Of a DNA stretch of 57,324 nucleotides, positions 37,561-47,659 are shown piece after piece. The notes under the pieces were generated by a model. It was not told the origin of the DNA, did not search any database, and worked only from the letters and a program-made list of their open reading frames with translations. The first letter of the stretch is position 1; the number at the start of each line of letters is the position of its first letter. The position numbers and the translations under genes are program-made. The stretch lies in NCBI GenBank assembly GCA_031281735.1, contig JAITEZ010000075.1:1-57324 (forward strand). Direction: 5' to 3'. The stretch is from Deltaproteobacteria bacterium (GTDB lineage: Bacteria; Desulfobacterota; Desulfarculia; Adiutricales; Adiutricaceae).

Positions 37561-38541
37561 ATGGAACTCTCCAAGATAAGCGTACTGAGCCTGGTCGAGC
37601 TTGTAGTGGCCTGCCTCCTGGTCATCGCCCTGATGGTGGCCAACGCCATCGTGATGGTGTACGCGGAGCGGAAGGGCGCGGGCTTCATCCAGCGCCGCCC
37701 CGGCCCCTACGAGGTGGGCCCCTGGGGGATCCTCCAGCCCGTGGCGGACTCCATGAAGCTGCTTGCCAAGCAGCTCTTCGTGCCCGCGAACGTGGACTTC
37801 CTCCTCTACTTCCTGGCCCCGGTCCTGGCCTTCCTCCCGGTGCTGCTCCTTTTCCTGCCCATCCCCTTCGGCCCCTACCTGACGGCCCTGAAGGTACCGG
37901 ACGGGGTGGTGCTCATCCTCGCCTTCGCTGGCTTCGGCCTGCTCGCGAACCTCCTCGCGGGCTACTCCTCCAACAACAAGTACGGGATCCTGGGCGCGGG
38001 CCGGGCGGTCGCGCAGGGGGTCGCCTACGAGATCCCGATGATCCTCGCGCTCCTCGCGGTCGTCTTCCAGACGGGTTCCATGAACCTCTCGGACATCGCG
38101 GAGGCGCAGGGCTCGGCCCCCTGGCGCTGGAACTTCCTGTGCCAGCCCCTGGCCTTCTTCATCTATCTCGTGACGCTCGTGGCCGAGACCAACCGCGCCC
38201 CCTTCGATCTGCCCGAGGGGGAGTCGGAGCTCACCGCAGGCTTCCACACCGAGTACTCGGGCATGGGCTTCGCGCTCTTCTTCCTCTCCGAGTACGCGAA
38301 CATGCTCCTGGTGAGCTTCGTGTGCGCCACGTTCTTCCTGGGCGGCTACAAGGGCCCGATCCTGGACGGCTTCTGGTGGACCTTCATCAAGGCCTACGCC
38401 GTCATGGCCTTCATCGTCTGGATCCGCTGGACCTTCCCCCGCGTGAGGTTCGACCAGCTCCTGAACATCAACTGGAAATGGCTGCTGCCCCTGAGCATCC
38501 TGAACCTCTGGATCACCGCCGTAATCATCAAGCTGGTCTGA
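37561..38541 (+). CDS. nuoH: NADH-quinone oxidoreductase subunit H
   Basis: Motifs ERKGAGFIQRRPGP, AETNRAPFDLPEGESEL, GFHTEYSGMGFALFFLSEY and RWTFPRVRFDQLL. Confidence 0.93.
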   Translation: MELSKISVLSLVELVVACLLVIALMVANAIVMVYAERKGAGFIQRRPGPYEVGPWGILQPVADSMKLLAKQLFVPANVDFLLYFLAPVLAFLPVLLLFLPIPFGPYLTALKVPDGVVLILAFAGFGLLANLLAGYSSNNKYGILGAGRAVAQGVAYEIPMILALLAVVFQTGSMNLSDIAEAQGSAPWRWNFLCQPLAFFIYLVTLVAETNRAPFDLPEGESELTAGFHTEYSGMGFALFFLSEYANMLLVSFVCATFFLGGYKGPILDGFWWTFIKAYAVMAFIVWIRWTFPRVRFDQLLNINWKWLLPLSILNLWITAVIIKLV

Positions 38542-38628
38542 GGCCCTCCCGCCCGTCCGCCGCCCTCCACCGCCGCCGGCGGGGCCCGGCCCGGACGGTG
38601 GCCGGACACGGGACACCGGAAACTGCAG

Positions 38629-39198
38629 ATGAAAATGTTATCCGCCATCTGGGACAACCTGAAAGGCCTGTACAGCCTCCTCGTGGGCATGTGCATCACG
38701 GGCCGCTACTTCTTCCAGCCGCTGAAGACCGTCCACTTCCCGCGGGACGTGGTGGAGCCAGAGAACCTGGCGTCCTACCGCGGGCCACTGGAGCTAGCGC
38801 GGGGGAAGACGGACGAGTCAAAGACGCGGTGCATATCCTGCCAGATGTGCGCCAAGGGCTGCCCCGGCAACTGCATCACCGTCGTCAAGTCCAAGGAGGG
38901 CAAGAACCCCGTCACCTGGCTCTACGACTTCACGCTGTGCTGCCTCTGCGGGGCCTGCGTCGAGGTCTGCCCGACGGCGGCCATCCAGTTCTCCCACAGG
39001 CTGTACCTGGTGTCGACGTCCCGTGAGGCCCTCGTCCTGGATCTCCTCAAGGATCTCGAGGAGCGGGTGGCGGCGGGGCCGCTCCCCGCGGCGGGGGCCG
39101 GGACGCCGGACGCGAAGAAGCCGGAGGCGAGGATGCCGGACGCCGGAGGTCCGCAGAAGGCCGCGGGCGGGAGCGCCGCCCCGGACCCGGAGGGCTGA
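38629..39198 (+). CDS. nuoI: NADH-quinone oxidoreductase subunit I (2x[4Fe-4S]) with P/A-rich C-terminal tail
   Basis: Two ferredoxin motifs, CISCQMCAKGCP and CCLCGACVEVCP. Confidence 0.9.
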   Translation: MKMLSAIWDNLKGLYSLLVGMCITGRYFFQPLKTVHFPRDVVEPENLASYRGPLELARGKTDESKTRCISCQMCAKGCPGNCITVVKSKEGKNPVTWLYDFTLCCLCGACVEVCPTAAIQFSHRLYLVSTSREALVLDLLKDLEERVAAGPLPAAGAGTPDAKKPEARMPDAGGPQKAAGGSAAPDPEG

Positions 39199-39201
39199 GC
39201 C

Positions 39202-39831
39202 ATGCAGCAGGAAGCCTCTAACATAGCCTCGACCCTGCTCGAGTACATCGCGCGCCCCCTGCGGGCGCTCCAGGAATGGCTCTCGCCCTACCTGCCGGGC
39301 GACGAGTGGGCCGCCTACCTGGCCTTCGCCGTATACGTGCTGGTCATACTGGCGGGCGGCTTCGGGGCCATCCTCTCGCGGAACCTCATCCGCGCCATGC
39401 TGGGGCTGGTCCTGACCTTCCTCGGGGTGGCGGGCATGTTCCTCCTGCTCGCGAGCCCCTTCCTGGCCTTCATGCAGCTCCTCATATACGTCGGCGCCGT
39501 CTGCGTGCTCATCTTCTTCGCCGTGATGCTCACCCAGAACACGGACGGCGGCGAGGAGTCCAGGCTCCCCTCGCTCGCGTCGCTGGGCTACGGGGCGCTG
39601 GCCTTCCTGGCCCCCCTGGCCGTAGCGGGGCCCCTCATTGTCATGTACGCGGGCCGCGTCCCCGTCGAGACCCCGCAGCCGGAAGGCACGGGCCTCCTGG
39701 GAGCGGGCCTCCTCTCCTCCTACGTGCTTCCCTTCGAGCTCATCTCCATAATCCTTCTCGTGGCCATGGCCGGAGCCGTCTACCTGGCTTTCCGCGGCTT
39801 CAACCCGAAAAGGGGCGGGCAGAACCAATGA
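39202..39831 (+). CDS. nuoJ: NADH-quinone oxidoreductase subunit J
   Basis: Position in the operon and a NuoJ-like core (FLAFMQLLIYVGAVCVLIFFAVML). Confidence 0.85.
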   Translation: MQQEASNIASTLLEYIARPLRALQEWLSPYLPGDEWAAYLAFAVYVLVILAGGFGAILSRNLIRAMLGLVLTFLGVAGMFLLLASPFLAFMQLLIYVGAVCVLIFFAVMLTQNTDGGEESRLPSLASLGYGALAFLAPLAVAGPLIVMYAGRVPVETPQPEGTGLLGAGLLSSYVLPFELISIILLVAMAGAVYLAFRGFNPKRGGQNQ

Positions 39832-40136
39832 CGACGCTAACCTTCTTCCTCCTGGCGTCCCTCCTCCTGCTGGCCATGGGCCTCGCCGGGCTCATCACCA
39901 GGAGGACCCTCGTGGGCATGCTCATATCCGTCGAACTCATGCTCAACGGGGCGGGCCTCTCCATCGTCGCGGCCTACAAGTCAGTGCCCGCCGCGGACGG
40001 GGTGCTTGGCCAGCTCGCGGCCCTCTTCGTGATGGGCCTGGCCGCCGCCGAGGCGACGCTGGTTCTCGCCATGATCCTCGTGGCCCAGCGGCGCTTCGGG
40101 AAGGTCACCGTCCGAGACATCTCCATCCTGAGGTAG
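39828..40136 (+). CDS. nuoK: NADH-quinone oxidoreductase subunit K
   Basis: ATG 39828 overlaps the nuoJ stop (ATGA). A 102-aa three-TM protein with SVELMLNGAGL and AAAEATLVLAMIL. Confidence 0.9.
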   Translation: MTTLTFFLLASLLLLAMGLAGLITRRTLVGMLISVELMLNGAGLSIVAAYKSVPAADGVLGQLAALFVMGLAAAEATLVLAMILVAQRRFGKVTVRDISILR

Positions 40137-40142
40137 AGGGCC

Positions 40143-41633
40143 ATGGTCATCGAAACTAGCAAGATCCTGATACCGCTGGCCGCGACGCTCGTGGCCCCCT
40201 TCCTCATCATCGCCCTGGGCGCGAACCAGAACCGCCGCGAGGCGGTCTCCTTCGCGGCGGCCGCCGTCACTGCCCTGACGGTGCTGAGCTTCGCGCCGCA
40301 GGTGCTCGCGGGACAGATCCTCCACTGCACGCTCTTCACCATCCTGCCGGGGGTCACGATCTCCTTCATGGTGGACGGGCTCTCCTTCCTGTTCGCCTTC
40401 ATCGCCCCCTTCCTCTGGATCTTCGCCACGAGCTACAACATCGGCTACATGAGGAGCCTCAAGGAGCACGCTCAGACCCGCTACTACGCCTGCTTCGCGG
40501 TGGCCATCTTCGGCGCCGTGGGGGTGGCGACGGCCGCCAACGTGTTCACCCTGTACCTCTTCTACGAGATCATCTCGGTGTTCACCTACCCCCTCGTGTT
40601 CCACCACCAGGACAAGGAGGGCTTCGAGGGCGGGCGCAAGTACCTGGTCTACCTGGTGGGCACCTCCAAGCTCTTCCTGCTCCCCGCCATGGTGCTCACC
40701 TACGTGCTGGCGGGCACGCTGGAGTTCCCCCTCGGGGACGCCGTGCACGGCATCTTCCCGGCCCAGGTGATCGCCGAGCACCCGAACCTGGTGCGCCTGA
40801 CCTACGTGCTCTTCATCGCCGGCCTGGCCAAGGCCGCGCTCATGCCCTTCCACAACTGGCTCCCCTCGGCCATGGTGGCCCCCACCCCGGTGTCGGCCCT
40901 GCTGCACGCCGTGGCCGTGGTCAAGGCGGGCGTCTACTCGGTGTCGCGCATAATCCTGTCCGGCTTCGGCCAGGAGCCCATGGCCCAGCTGGGGCTCTCC
41001 CTCCCCACGGCCTACCTCGCGGCCTTCACGATCGTGCTGGCCTCCTTCATCGCGCTCACCAAGGACGACATCAAGGCCCGGCTCGCCTACTCGACCGTCA
41101 GCCAGCTCTCCTACGTCGTGATAGGCGTGGCCCTCGTGGCCCCGGCGGCCATCCAGGGCGGGCTCATGCACATCGGGCACCACGCCTTCTCGAAGATCAC
41201 CCTCTTCTTCGGGGCCGGGGCCATATACGTGGCCAGCCACCTGAAATCCATCGCCAAGATGAACGGGCTGGGCAGGCGCATGCCCTGGACCTTCGGGGCC
41301 TTCGGCATAGCGTCCCTGTCGATGATCGGCGTGCCGCCTGTCTGCGGCTTCGTCTCCAAGTGGTACCTGGTGAACGGGGCCCTCGACCAGGGGCAGCTGA
41401 TACTCCTGGTGGCCCTCCTTCTCTCGACCGCCCTGAACGCGGGCTACTTCGTCCCCATCTTCTACAGGGCCTTCTTCCTGGCCCCCGAGCCGGGGGCGAA
41501 CATCGAGCAGTACCACGAGGCCCCCCTCTCCATGGTGGTGCCCCTGGTCTTCACGAGCGTGGTCTCGGTGGTCCTGGGCTTCTTCCCGGGTCTGTTCCTG
41601 AACTTCATCAAGACCTTCGGCGGTTTCAACTAG
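40143..41633 (+). CDS. Antiporter-like subunit, NuoL/M/N superfamily, MrpD-like (extra subunit)
   Basis: 496-aa polytopic protein with proton-antiporter core motifs (LYLFYEIISVFTYPLV, AKAALMPFHNWLPSAMVAPTPVSALLHAVAVVKAGVY, GHHAFSKITLFFGAG). It is not the canonical NuoL, NuoM or NuoN, which are encoded separately. Confidence 0.8.
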   Translation: MVIETSKILIPLAATLVAPFLIIALGANQNRREAVSFAAAAVTALTVLSFAPQVLAGQILHCTLFTILPGVTISFMVDGLSFLFAFIAPFLWIFATSYNIGYMRSLKEHAQTRYYACFAVAIFGAVGVATAANVFTLYLFYEIISVFTYPLVFHHQDKEGFEGGRKYLVYLVGTSKLFLLPAMVLTYVLAGTLEFPLGDAVHGIFPAQVIAEHPNLVRLTYVLFIAGLAKAALMPFHNWLPSAMVAPTPVSALLHAVAVVKAGVYSVSRIILSGFGQEPMAQLGLSLPTAYLAAFTIVLASFIALTKDDIKARLAYSTVSQLSYVVIGVALVAPAAIQGGLMHIGHHAFSKITLFFGAGAIYVASHLKSIAKMNGLGRRMPWTFGAFGIASLSMIGVPPVCGFVSKWYLVNGALDQGQLILLVALLLSTALNAGYFVPIFYRAFFLAPEPGANIEQYHEAPLSMVVPLVFTSVVSVVLGFFPGLFLNFIKTFGGFN

Positions 41634-41641
41634 GAGGCTGC

Positions 41642-41935
41642 ATGCCCGACTATCAGGAAAAGGCGGGGGGCGCGGGAGGCTTGGGCGCCTTCCTCGCGGC
41701 CCAGCTCAAGCCGGAACGTGTCCGGACCTGGCGCATCGTGTTCTTCCTGGCGCTCGCGGTCACGGCCCTCCTCAACCTGGTCATCAAGAACCACGAGCCC
41801 CACTTCGGCCTGGACCGCTACCCCTTCTTCTGGCCCGTCTTCGGGCTGGTCGTCGGGGTCGTGATGGTCTTCCTCGTCAAGAAGCTAGTCCAGCCCTGCA
41901 TCAAGAGGCCGGAGGACCATTATGGAGACGTCTAG
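41642..41935 (+). CDS. Small two-TM membrane protein (97 aa) embedded between antiporter-like subunits
   Basis: ATG 41642 follows TAGGAGG. Two hydrophobic helices (WRIVFFLALAVTALLNLVI and FFWPVFGLVVGVVMVFLV). Its end overlaps the next gene's start. Confidence 0.6.
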   Translation: MPDYQEKAGGAGGLGAFLAAQLKPERVRTWRIVFFLALAVTALLNLVIKNHEPHFGLDRYPFFWPVFGLVVGVVMVFLVKKLVQPCIKRPEDHYGDV

Positions 41936-43712
41936 CTTCTACCACCCGGCGGCGGCCTTCCTGATGACGGCGGTGGCCCTCCCCTTCCTGCCGGGGAGGC
42001 GCCGCTGGAAGTGGCTCCTGCTCATCGCGCCGCTGGCCGCCATCTACGGGGCCTTCACCAACCAGCCCGGCGACTACCTCACCCTGGGCTGGCTGGGCCA
42101 GACGCTCAAGCTCGGGCACGTGGACCGCCTCTCGCTGATCTTCGCCCAGGTCTTCGCCGTGATGAGCCTCGCGGGCATCCTCTACTCCCTCCACGTGGAC
42201 GACCGGGGCCAGCACATAGCCGCCGTCCTCTACGTCGCGGGCGGCTTCGGCTGCGTCTTCGCGGGGGACTACCTGACCCTCTTCGTCTTCTGGGAGCTCA
42301 TGAGCATAGGCTCGACCTTCCTCGTGATGCTCAACCGCACCAGGGAGTCGGTGCTCGCCTCCTTCCGGTACTTCCTGTACCACACGGTCGGGGGGCTGTT
42401 CCTCCTGGGCGGGCTCCTCCTGAGGTACAAGGCGCTGGGCAGCTTCGACTTCGGGCCCATCGACCCCTCCGCGGCCCAGCCCTACGACTTCCTGATCCTC
42501 GCGGGCTTCTGCGTGAACGCGGCGGTGGTCCCCCTGCACGCCTGGCTCCCCGACGCCTATCCACGGGGGACGGTCACGGGTTCGGTCTTCATGTGCGCCT
42601 ACACCACCAAGACGGCGGTGTACGTGCTCGCCAGGGCCTTCGCGGGCTGGGAGATACTGGCAATCGCGGGGACAGTGATGGCCGTCTACGGCGTGCTGTA
42701 CGCCTCCATGGAGAACAACGCGCGGCGGATCCTCTCCTACCACATCGTCTCCCAGGTGGGCTACATGGTGGCCGGCATCGGGGTGGGCACCGCCATCGCC
42801 GTGAACGGCGCCTCCGCCCACGCCTACGCCCACATCCTTTACAAGGGCCTCCTCTTCATGGGGGCGGGAGCGGTGCTTTACGCCGCCGGCACCCAGAGGC
42901 TGGACGAGCTGGGCGGCCTCGCCGCCAGGCTCCCCTGGGTCATGGTCTGCTACATGGTGGCGGCCCTCTCCATCTCCGGGATGCCGATCTTCAACGGCTT
43001 CGTCTCCAAGAACATGACCATCTTCGGGGCGGCGGAGGCCCACCAGACCTTCGTGGCTCTGGGCCTCGAGGTGGCGGCCGTCGGCACCTTCGTCTCCGTC
43101 GGCCTGAAGCTGCCCTACTTCGCCTTCTGGGGCGGCAAGGAGACCGACTGGAAGCGCGACCTCAAGCCCATCCCGGTGAACATGTACTTCGGCATGGGCC
43201 TGCTCGCGGTGCTCTGCATCCTCCAGGGCGTTTACCCGGCCGTCCTCTACAACTACCTGCCCTACCCGGAGGCCGTCCACGAGTTCACCCCCTGGACGCC
43301 CTGGAACGTGCTCCAGGCCGCCATGCTCCTCGGATTCTCGGGACTCGCCTTCTATCTCATGCGGCATGTCATCACCCCGCACAAGGCCCTGAACCTGGAC
43401 TTCGACTGGTTCTACCGACTCGTCGGCAGGGCGCTGTACCTGCTCGTATCCAGGCCCGCCGCCTTCATCGACGGGGTCTGGACCGACGTCTGGAACTTCA
43501 TAGGCCTGCGGGGCCTCATGTCCACGGCCTTCGGGGCCGTCTTCTTCGACAAGGAGTGCATAGACGGGGTGGTGGACAACACCGCCTACGGCACCCGGGG
43601 CGCCGGGCGCGTGGGGGCCCTGCTCCAGAACGGGAAGCTCCAGTATTACCTGGGACTCATGACCGTGCTCGCGCTCGGGATCTTCGCCCTCTTCTTCTAC
43701 GGGGTGCTCTAG
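41922..43712 (+). CDS. nuoL: MrpA/NuoL-like antiporter subunit with C-terminal lateral-helix-type extension
   Basis: GGAGG lies 8 nt upstream. The core FVFWELMSIGSTFLV and LHAWLPDAYPRGT is Mrp-like. The C-terminal segment IDGVVDNTAYGTRGAGRVGALLQNGKLQYYLGLM resembles the NuoL HL-helix/anchor region as I recall it. Confidence 0.75.
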   Translation: METSSFYHPAAAFLMTAVALPFLPGRRRWKWLLLIAPLAAIYGAFTNQPGDYLTLGWLGQTLKLGHVDRLSLIFAQVFAVMSLAGILYSLHVDDRGQHIAAVLYVAGGFGCVFAGDYLTLFVFWELMSIGSTFLVMLNRTRESVLASFRYFLYHTVGGLFLLGGLLLRYKALGSFDFGPIDPSAAQPYDFLILAGFCVNAAVVPLHAWLPDAYPRGTVTGSVFMCAYTTKTAVYVLARAFAGWEILAIAGTVMAVYGVLYASMENNARRILSYHIVSQVGYMVAGIGVGTAIAVNGASAHAYAHILYKGLLFMGAGAVLYAAGTQRLDELGGLAARLPWVMVCYMVAALSISGMPIFNGFVSKNMTIFGAAEAHQTFVALGLEVAAVGTFVSVGLKLPYFAFWGGKETDWKRDLKPIPVNMYFGMGLLAVLCILQGVYPAVLYNYLPYPEAVHEFTPWTPWNVLQAAMLLGFSGLAFYLMRHVITPHKALNLDFDWFYRLVGRALYLLVSRPAAFIDGVWTDVWNFIGLRGLMSTAFGAVFFDKECIDGVVDNTAYGTRGAGRVGALLQNGKLQYYLGLMTVLALGIFALFFYGVL

Positions 43713-43837
43713 CAAGGCCCCCGGCGGGGGTGGCCGCGGGCCCCGCCGGGGGGCCTCCGCGCCCGCCCCGCCGGGGCGCGCGGCCCGTCCGACGCCCCGC
43801 CCGACCATAACAACCGCAAGCTCGGCTGGGAAACCTT

Positions 43838-45520
43838 ATGACTGGCACAAGCCCTTACCCGGTCCTCACCGTACTGACCTTCTGGCCCCTGGCCGCCGCC
43901 TTCCTGGTGGCCTTCCTCCCCAAGGACAGCCAGGTGAGGATAGCCACCCTGGTGGCCTCCCTCATAGAGTGCGCGCTGGCCTACCCGCTCCTGGCCTTCC
44001 GGAACGCCCCGGGCTTCCAGTTCCTGGAGGAGGCGGCATGGGCTCCCGACTGGGGGCTCACCTACATGATGGGTGTTGACGGCATCAGCATACTCATGAT
44101 ATGGCTGTCGCTCTTCACCCTCCCCGTCTGCGTGCTCTGCTCCTGGACCTACATAGGCAAGAGGGTCAAGGAGTTCCACGTCTGCCTGCTCCTCATGACG
44201 ACCGCCTGCGTGGGGGTCTTCGCCGCGCTGGATCTCGTCCTCTTCTACGTTTTATGGGAGGCCCTCCTCATCCCCATGTACCTCATGATCGCCATCTGGG
44301 GAGGGGACGAGAAGCGCTACGCCTCGATAAAGTTCTTCCTGTACACGCTGGCGGGCTCGACGGTCCTCCTGGTGGCCATCGTCGCCCTGCGGATCCAGGG
44401 CGGCACCTTCTCCATCCCCGAGCTCATGAAGGCCGACTTCCCGTTCAGGTTCCAGTACTGGGTCTTCCTGGCCTTCTTCCTCGCCTTCGCCATCAAGGTG
44501 CCGATGTTCCCCTTCCACACCTGGCTCCCGGCGGCCCACGTCCAGGCACCCTCCGCAGGGTCGGTCATCCTGGCCGCGGTGCTGCTGAAGATGGGTACAT
44601 ACGGCTTCCTGCGCTTCTCTCTCCCCATGACCCCGGCGGCGAGCGAGCACTTCGCGCCCCTGATGATAGCCATCTCCATCTGCTCCATCCTATACGGCGG
44701 CCTGGTGGCCCTGGGGCAGACCGACATCAAGAAGCTCATCGCCTACTCCTCGGTGGCCCACATGGGCTTCGTGACCCTGGGCATCTTCCTCTTCAGCAAG
44801 GAGGGGGTCCAGGGGGCCATCTTCCAGATGCTCAACCACGGCATCATCACCGGTGCCCTCTTCTGCCTGGTGGGGGCCGTCTACGAGCGGAGCCACAGCC
44901 GGGACATCAACCGCAACCTGGGCCTGGGCAAGTTCCTACCCTACTTCATGTTCTTCTGGGGCCTCTTCGGCTTCGCCTCCTTCGGCTTCCCCGGCACCAA
45001 CGGCTTCGTCGGCGAGCTCCTGGTCCTCACGGCCGCCTTCAAGTTCCAGACCGCCGTCGGCATCCTCTGCATACCGGGGGCGCTCCTGGCGGCGGCGTAC
45101 ATCTTCAAGGTGACGCTCAAGATGGCCTGGGGCGAGCCCACCTCCGTGTCCGGCCCCTCCTGGTACGATCTCAACAAGAAGGAGTGGGTGTACCTGGTCG
45201 GCCCCGCCGCCCTGGTCATCTACCTGGGGCTGGCCCCCACGGGGCTCCTCAACGTCATCACCCCCGCCATCGAGGACAACCTCGCGAGCTTCGACGCTCG
45301 CAAGGGCCTCGTCGCCGCCACCGTCCCGGCGGCCTCCCCCGCCCCAGCGGCCGGGGTCACCCCCGCCGCCCTGCCCGAGGGCCTGGACTCGGCTCGCGCC
45401 CCGGCCCCCGGCGCGCCTCCCGGACGCTCCGCCGCTTTCGGCGTGGCGGAAGCCGCCCCGGGCGCCGGTGCCCCCCTGCTTTCCCTGAGCGCGGTCAAGG
45501 GAGCCGATCACAATGGCTGA
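43838..45520 (+). CDS. nuoM: NADH-quinone oxidoreductase subunit M (with P/A-rich C-terminal tail)
   Basis: Motifs LFYVLWEALLIPMYLMIAIWGG, AIKVPMFPFHTWLPAAHVQAPSAGSVILA and SSVAHMGFV. Confidence 0.9.
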   Translation: MTGTSPYPVLTVLTFWPLAAAFLVAFLPKDSQVRIATLVASLIECALAYPLLAFRNAPGFQFLEEAAWAPDWGLTYMMGVDGISILMIWLSLFTLPVCVLCSWTYIGKRVKEFHVCLLLMTTACVGVFAALDLVLFYVLWEALLIPMYLMIAIWGGDEKRYASIKFFLYTLAGSTVLLVAIVALRIQGGTFSIPELMKADFPFRFQYWVFLAFFLAFAIKVPMFPFHTWLPAAHVQAPSAGSVILAAVLLKMGTYGFLRFSLPMTPAASEHFAPLMIAISICSILYGGLVALGQTDIKKLIAYSSVAHMGFVTLGIFLFSKEGVQGAIFQMLNHGIITGALFCLVGAVYERSHSRDINRNLGLGKFLPYFMFFWGLFGFASFGFPGTNGFVGELLVLTAAFKFQTAVGILCIPGALLAAAYIFKVTLKMAWGEPTSVSGPSWYDLNKKEWVYLVGPAALVIYLGLAPTGLLNVITPAIEDNLASFDARKGLVAATVPAASPAPAAGVTPAALPEGLDSARAPAPGAPPGRSAAFGVAEAAPGAGAPLLSLSAVKGADHNG

Positions 45521-46997
45521 GCTGAACTTCAGTATTTCCTATATCTGGCCCGAGACCCTCTTCTTCGTCCTGGTGCTCTACCTCTTCGCCGCGGCCCTCC
45601 TGGAGAAGAGGCATCCGGCCCTCGCGGGGAACGCCTCCCTCGCAGTCTGCCCGGTGGCGGCGCTCCTGGCCATGGCCTCGGCGATCTGCACCTTCCACTA
45701 CGACCAGGTGATGTTCTTCGGGAGCTACAGGATCGACGGGCTCTCCCAGTTCTTCAAGATCCTTGTCTCGCTGGGCTTCGCCTTCGCGGCCCTGAACGCC
45801 ATGCGCCAGCCCACCCTCGACACTGAGAAGAGGGTGGACTACTTCCTCTTCCTGGCCATGTCCGCCTGGGGCCTCACCATACTCTCCTCCGCGGCGGAGC
45901 TGGTGACGATCTATCTCGCCCTCGAGCTCTCCTCATACTCGCTCTACATCCTCATACCCGTGCGCTCGCGCTCCCGGGCGGCGGCCGAGGCGGGCCTGAA
46001 GTACATCCTCTTCGGGGCGGCGGCCACGGCCGTGGCCCTGTACGGGCTCTCCTGGATCGTGGTCGACCAGGGGACCACCTACATAAGCGTCCTCGCGACC
46101 AAGCCCTGGACGATGGCCGAGTCGCCACTGGCGGTGATGGGCCTCGCCTGCTTCCTGGGCGGCCTCTTCTTCAAGCTCGCGCTCTTCCCCTTCCACTTCT
46201 GGTGCCCCGACGTCTACCAGGGGGCCTCCAACGAGACGGCGGCGTTCGCGGCGACCCTCCCCAAGCTGGGGGCCGTGATCGTGCTCATCAGGCTCGCGGC
46301 GGTCCTGAAGCCCGAACTGGAGATCACCGGCATCCTGGCGCTCCTGGCGGCCGTCTCGGTCACCTACGGGAACCTCTGCGCGCTGGCGCAGAAGGATCTC
46401 AAGCGCATGCTGGGATTCTCCTCGGTGGCCCACGCGGGCTACATCCTCTGCGGGCTTGTCGCCGGCACGGCGGAGGGCCTGGCGGCGGCGGCCTTCTACG
46501 CCATGGCCTACCTCTTCATGAACCTCCTGTGCTTCTGGGTGGTGGCGAGGGTCTCCCAGGACGGGCGCAACCTGGAGTACGACGACCTGAACGGCCTTTC
46601 GGCGCGGTCGCCCCTGCTCGCCCTGTGCCTGGCGGCGGCGGCCTTCTCGCTCGTGAGCCTGCCGCCCACCGTGGGCTTCATCGGCAAGCTCTGGCTCATC
46701 ACCGCCCTGTGGGGCCACGGCTACGACTGGCTGGTCATAGTCGTCTGCGTCAACAGCGCGATAGCCATCTTCTATTACCTCTCCCTCGTGCGTCACGCCT
46801 ACACCGAGGATCCGAAGGGGACGATCCCCGAAGGCGCCCCGGCGGGGACGCTGCCCGGCCCCATGGCGCTCGCCGATGCCGGGGTCTTCAGCCAGGCGGG
46901 GGCGGTGGTGCTGGGCATCCTCGTGGTGATCCTGGGGGTGCTCCCCGGACCCGTCTACAGCGCGGTCCTGGCCGCCTCGCGGACGCTTTTGCCATGA
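45513..46997 (+). CDS. nuoN: NADH-quinone oxidoreductase subunit N
   Basis: Motifs IYLALELSSYSLYILI, FKLALFPFHFWCPDVYQGASNETAAF and SSVAHAGYIL. Its start overlaps the nuoM end by 8 nt. Confidence 0.9.
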   Translation: MAELNFSISYIWPETLFFVLVLYLFAAALLEKRHPALAGNASLAVCPVAALLAMASAICTFHYDQVMFFGSYRIDGLSQFFKILVSLGFAFAALNAMRQPTLDTEKRVDYFLFLAMSAWGLTILSSAAELVTIYLALELSSYSLYILIPVRSRSRAAAEAGLKYILFGAAATAVALYGLSWIVVDQGTTYISVLATKPWTMAESPLAVMGLACFLGGLFFKLALFPFHFWCPDVYQGASNETAAFAATLPKLGAVIVLIRLAAVLKPELEITGILALLAAVSVTYGNLCALAQKDLKRMLGFSSVAHAGYILCGLVAGTAEGLAAAAFYAMAYLFMNLLCFWVVARVSQDGRNLEYDDLNGLSARSPLLALCLAAAAFSLVSLPPTVGFIGKLWLITALWGHGYDWLVIVVCVNSAIAIFYYLSLVRHAYTEDPKGTIPEGAPAGTLPGPMALADAGVFSQAGAVVLGILVVILGVLPGPVYSAVLAASRTLLP

Positions 46998-47005
46998 CGG
47001 CTTCA

Positions 47006-47033
47006 TGACGCCGCCGCCTTGACGCCGCCGCCT
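47006..47033 (+). repeat. Perfect 14-nt tandem duplication just after the nuoN stop
   Basis: TGACGCCGCCGCCT occurs twice in tandem (47006-47019 and 47020-47033). Confidence 0.9.
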
Positions 47034-47510
47034 TGGCGGAGTGCCGGAGCCTCCGGGATCCGGTCGGATGCCGGGGACGGCCACGTGCGGCCGGCGGAGG
47101 TCACGGGCGCGGGTCTCCCGCGGTTCCTGGCGGGAACGCCCAGGATCAGGGGGAAGCCGCCGGATCCGCAGGATCCGGTCTGGCCTGGGGGGGAGGGGAT
47201 GGTTCCCCCTCCCGCCGTTCCAGGGCCGCGATCAGCGGGCGGTTACGGCGCCGGGACCGGCGGGGAGGCTTCCGTGTCCTGCCCGGGGAAGCCTCGCGCA
47301 TGACCGTCAGTTTGCCGTCGCTGCCGCAGGCGGGGAGCCGGTCCCGCGGGCCGGGCGGACGCCGTTGCCGCAGGGAGGCGGCGGGCGCCGGGAAGGCCGG
47401 TAGCGGCAGCGCGGACGCCGCGGCGCCCCGGCAATGCCCTCAGTCCATCGGGGACGGCGGCCGTCCTGGGTCAGGACGCGTTTGTTGCTGCGGATTCTCT
47501 GTGGCCCCCC

Positions 47511-47659
47511 TGCGGCGTCTCAGAGGCCCCCTGCGGACCCCCCCACGCGTGTGTGTCGGGGGTGGGCCGCAGCTCAGCGGCCGTCCCTTTGGCCCTCTGC
47601 GGCGTCTCTGAGGCTCCAGAGAGGCGTGCTCTGGGGGGGCTTGCGGCGTCTCACTGTGG
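47511..47659 (+). repeat. Three dispersed copies of the motif TGCGGCGTCTC(A/T)(G/C)(A/T)G(A/T)GG in the convergent intergenic region
   Basis: The exact 11-mer TGCGGCGTCTC begins at 47511, 47598 and 47642. The flanks are also similar (GGCCC upstream, purine-rich GAGG/GTGG downstream). Confidence 0.85.

Noticed and set aside
43838-43860. CTGGCAC-N5-CTTAC resembling a sigma54 -24/-12 element. A similar TGGCATGCACCATGC occurs at 14243.
   Set aside because: Both lie within or at the start codons of CDSs, and both lack the conserved TTGC -12 element.
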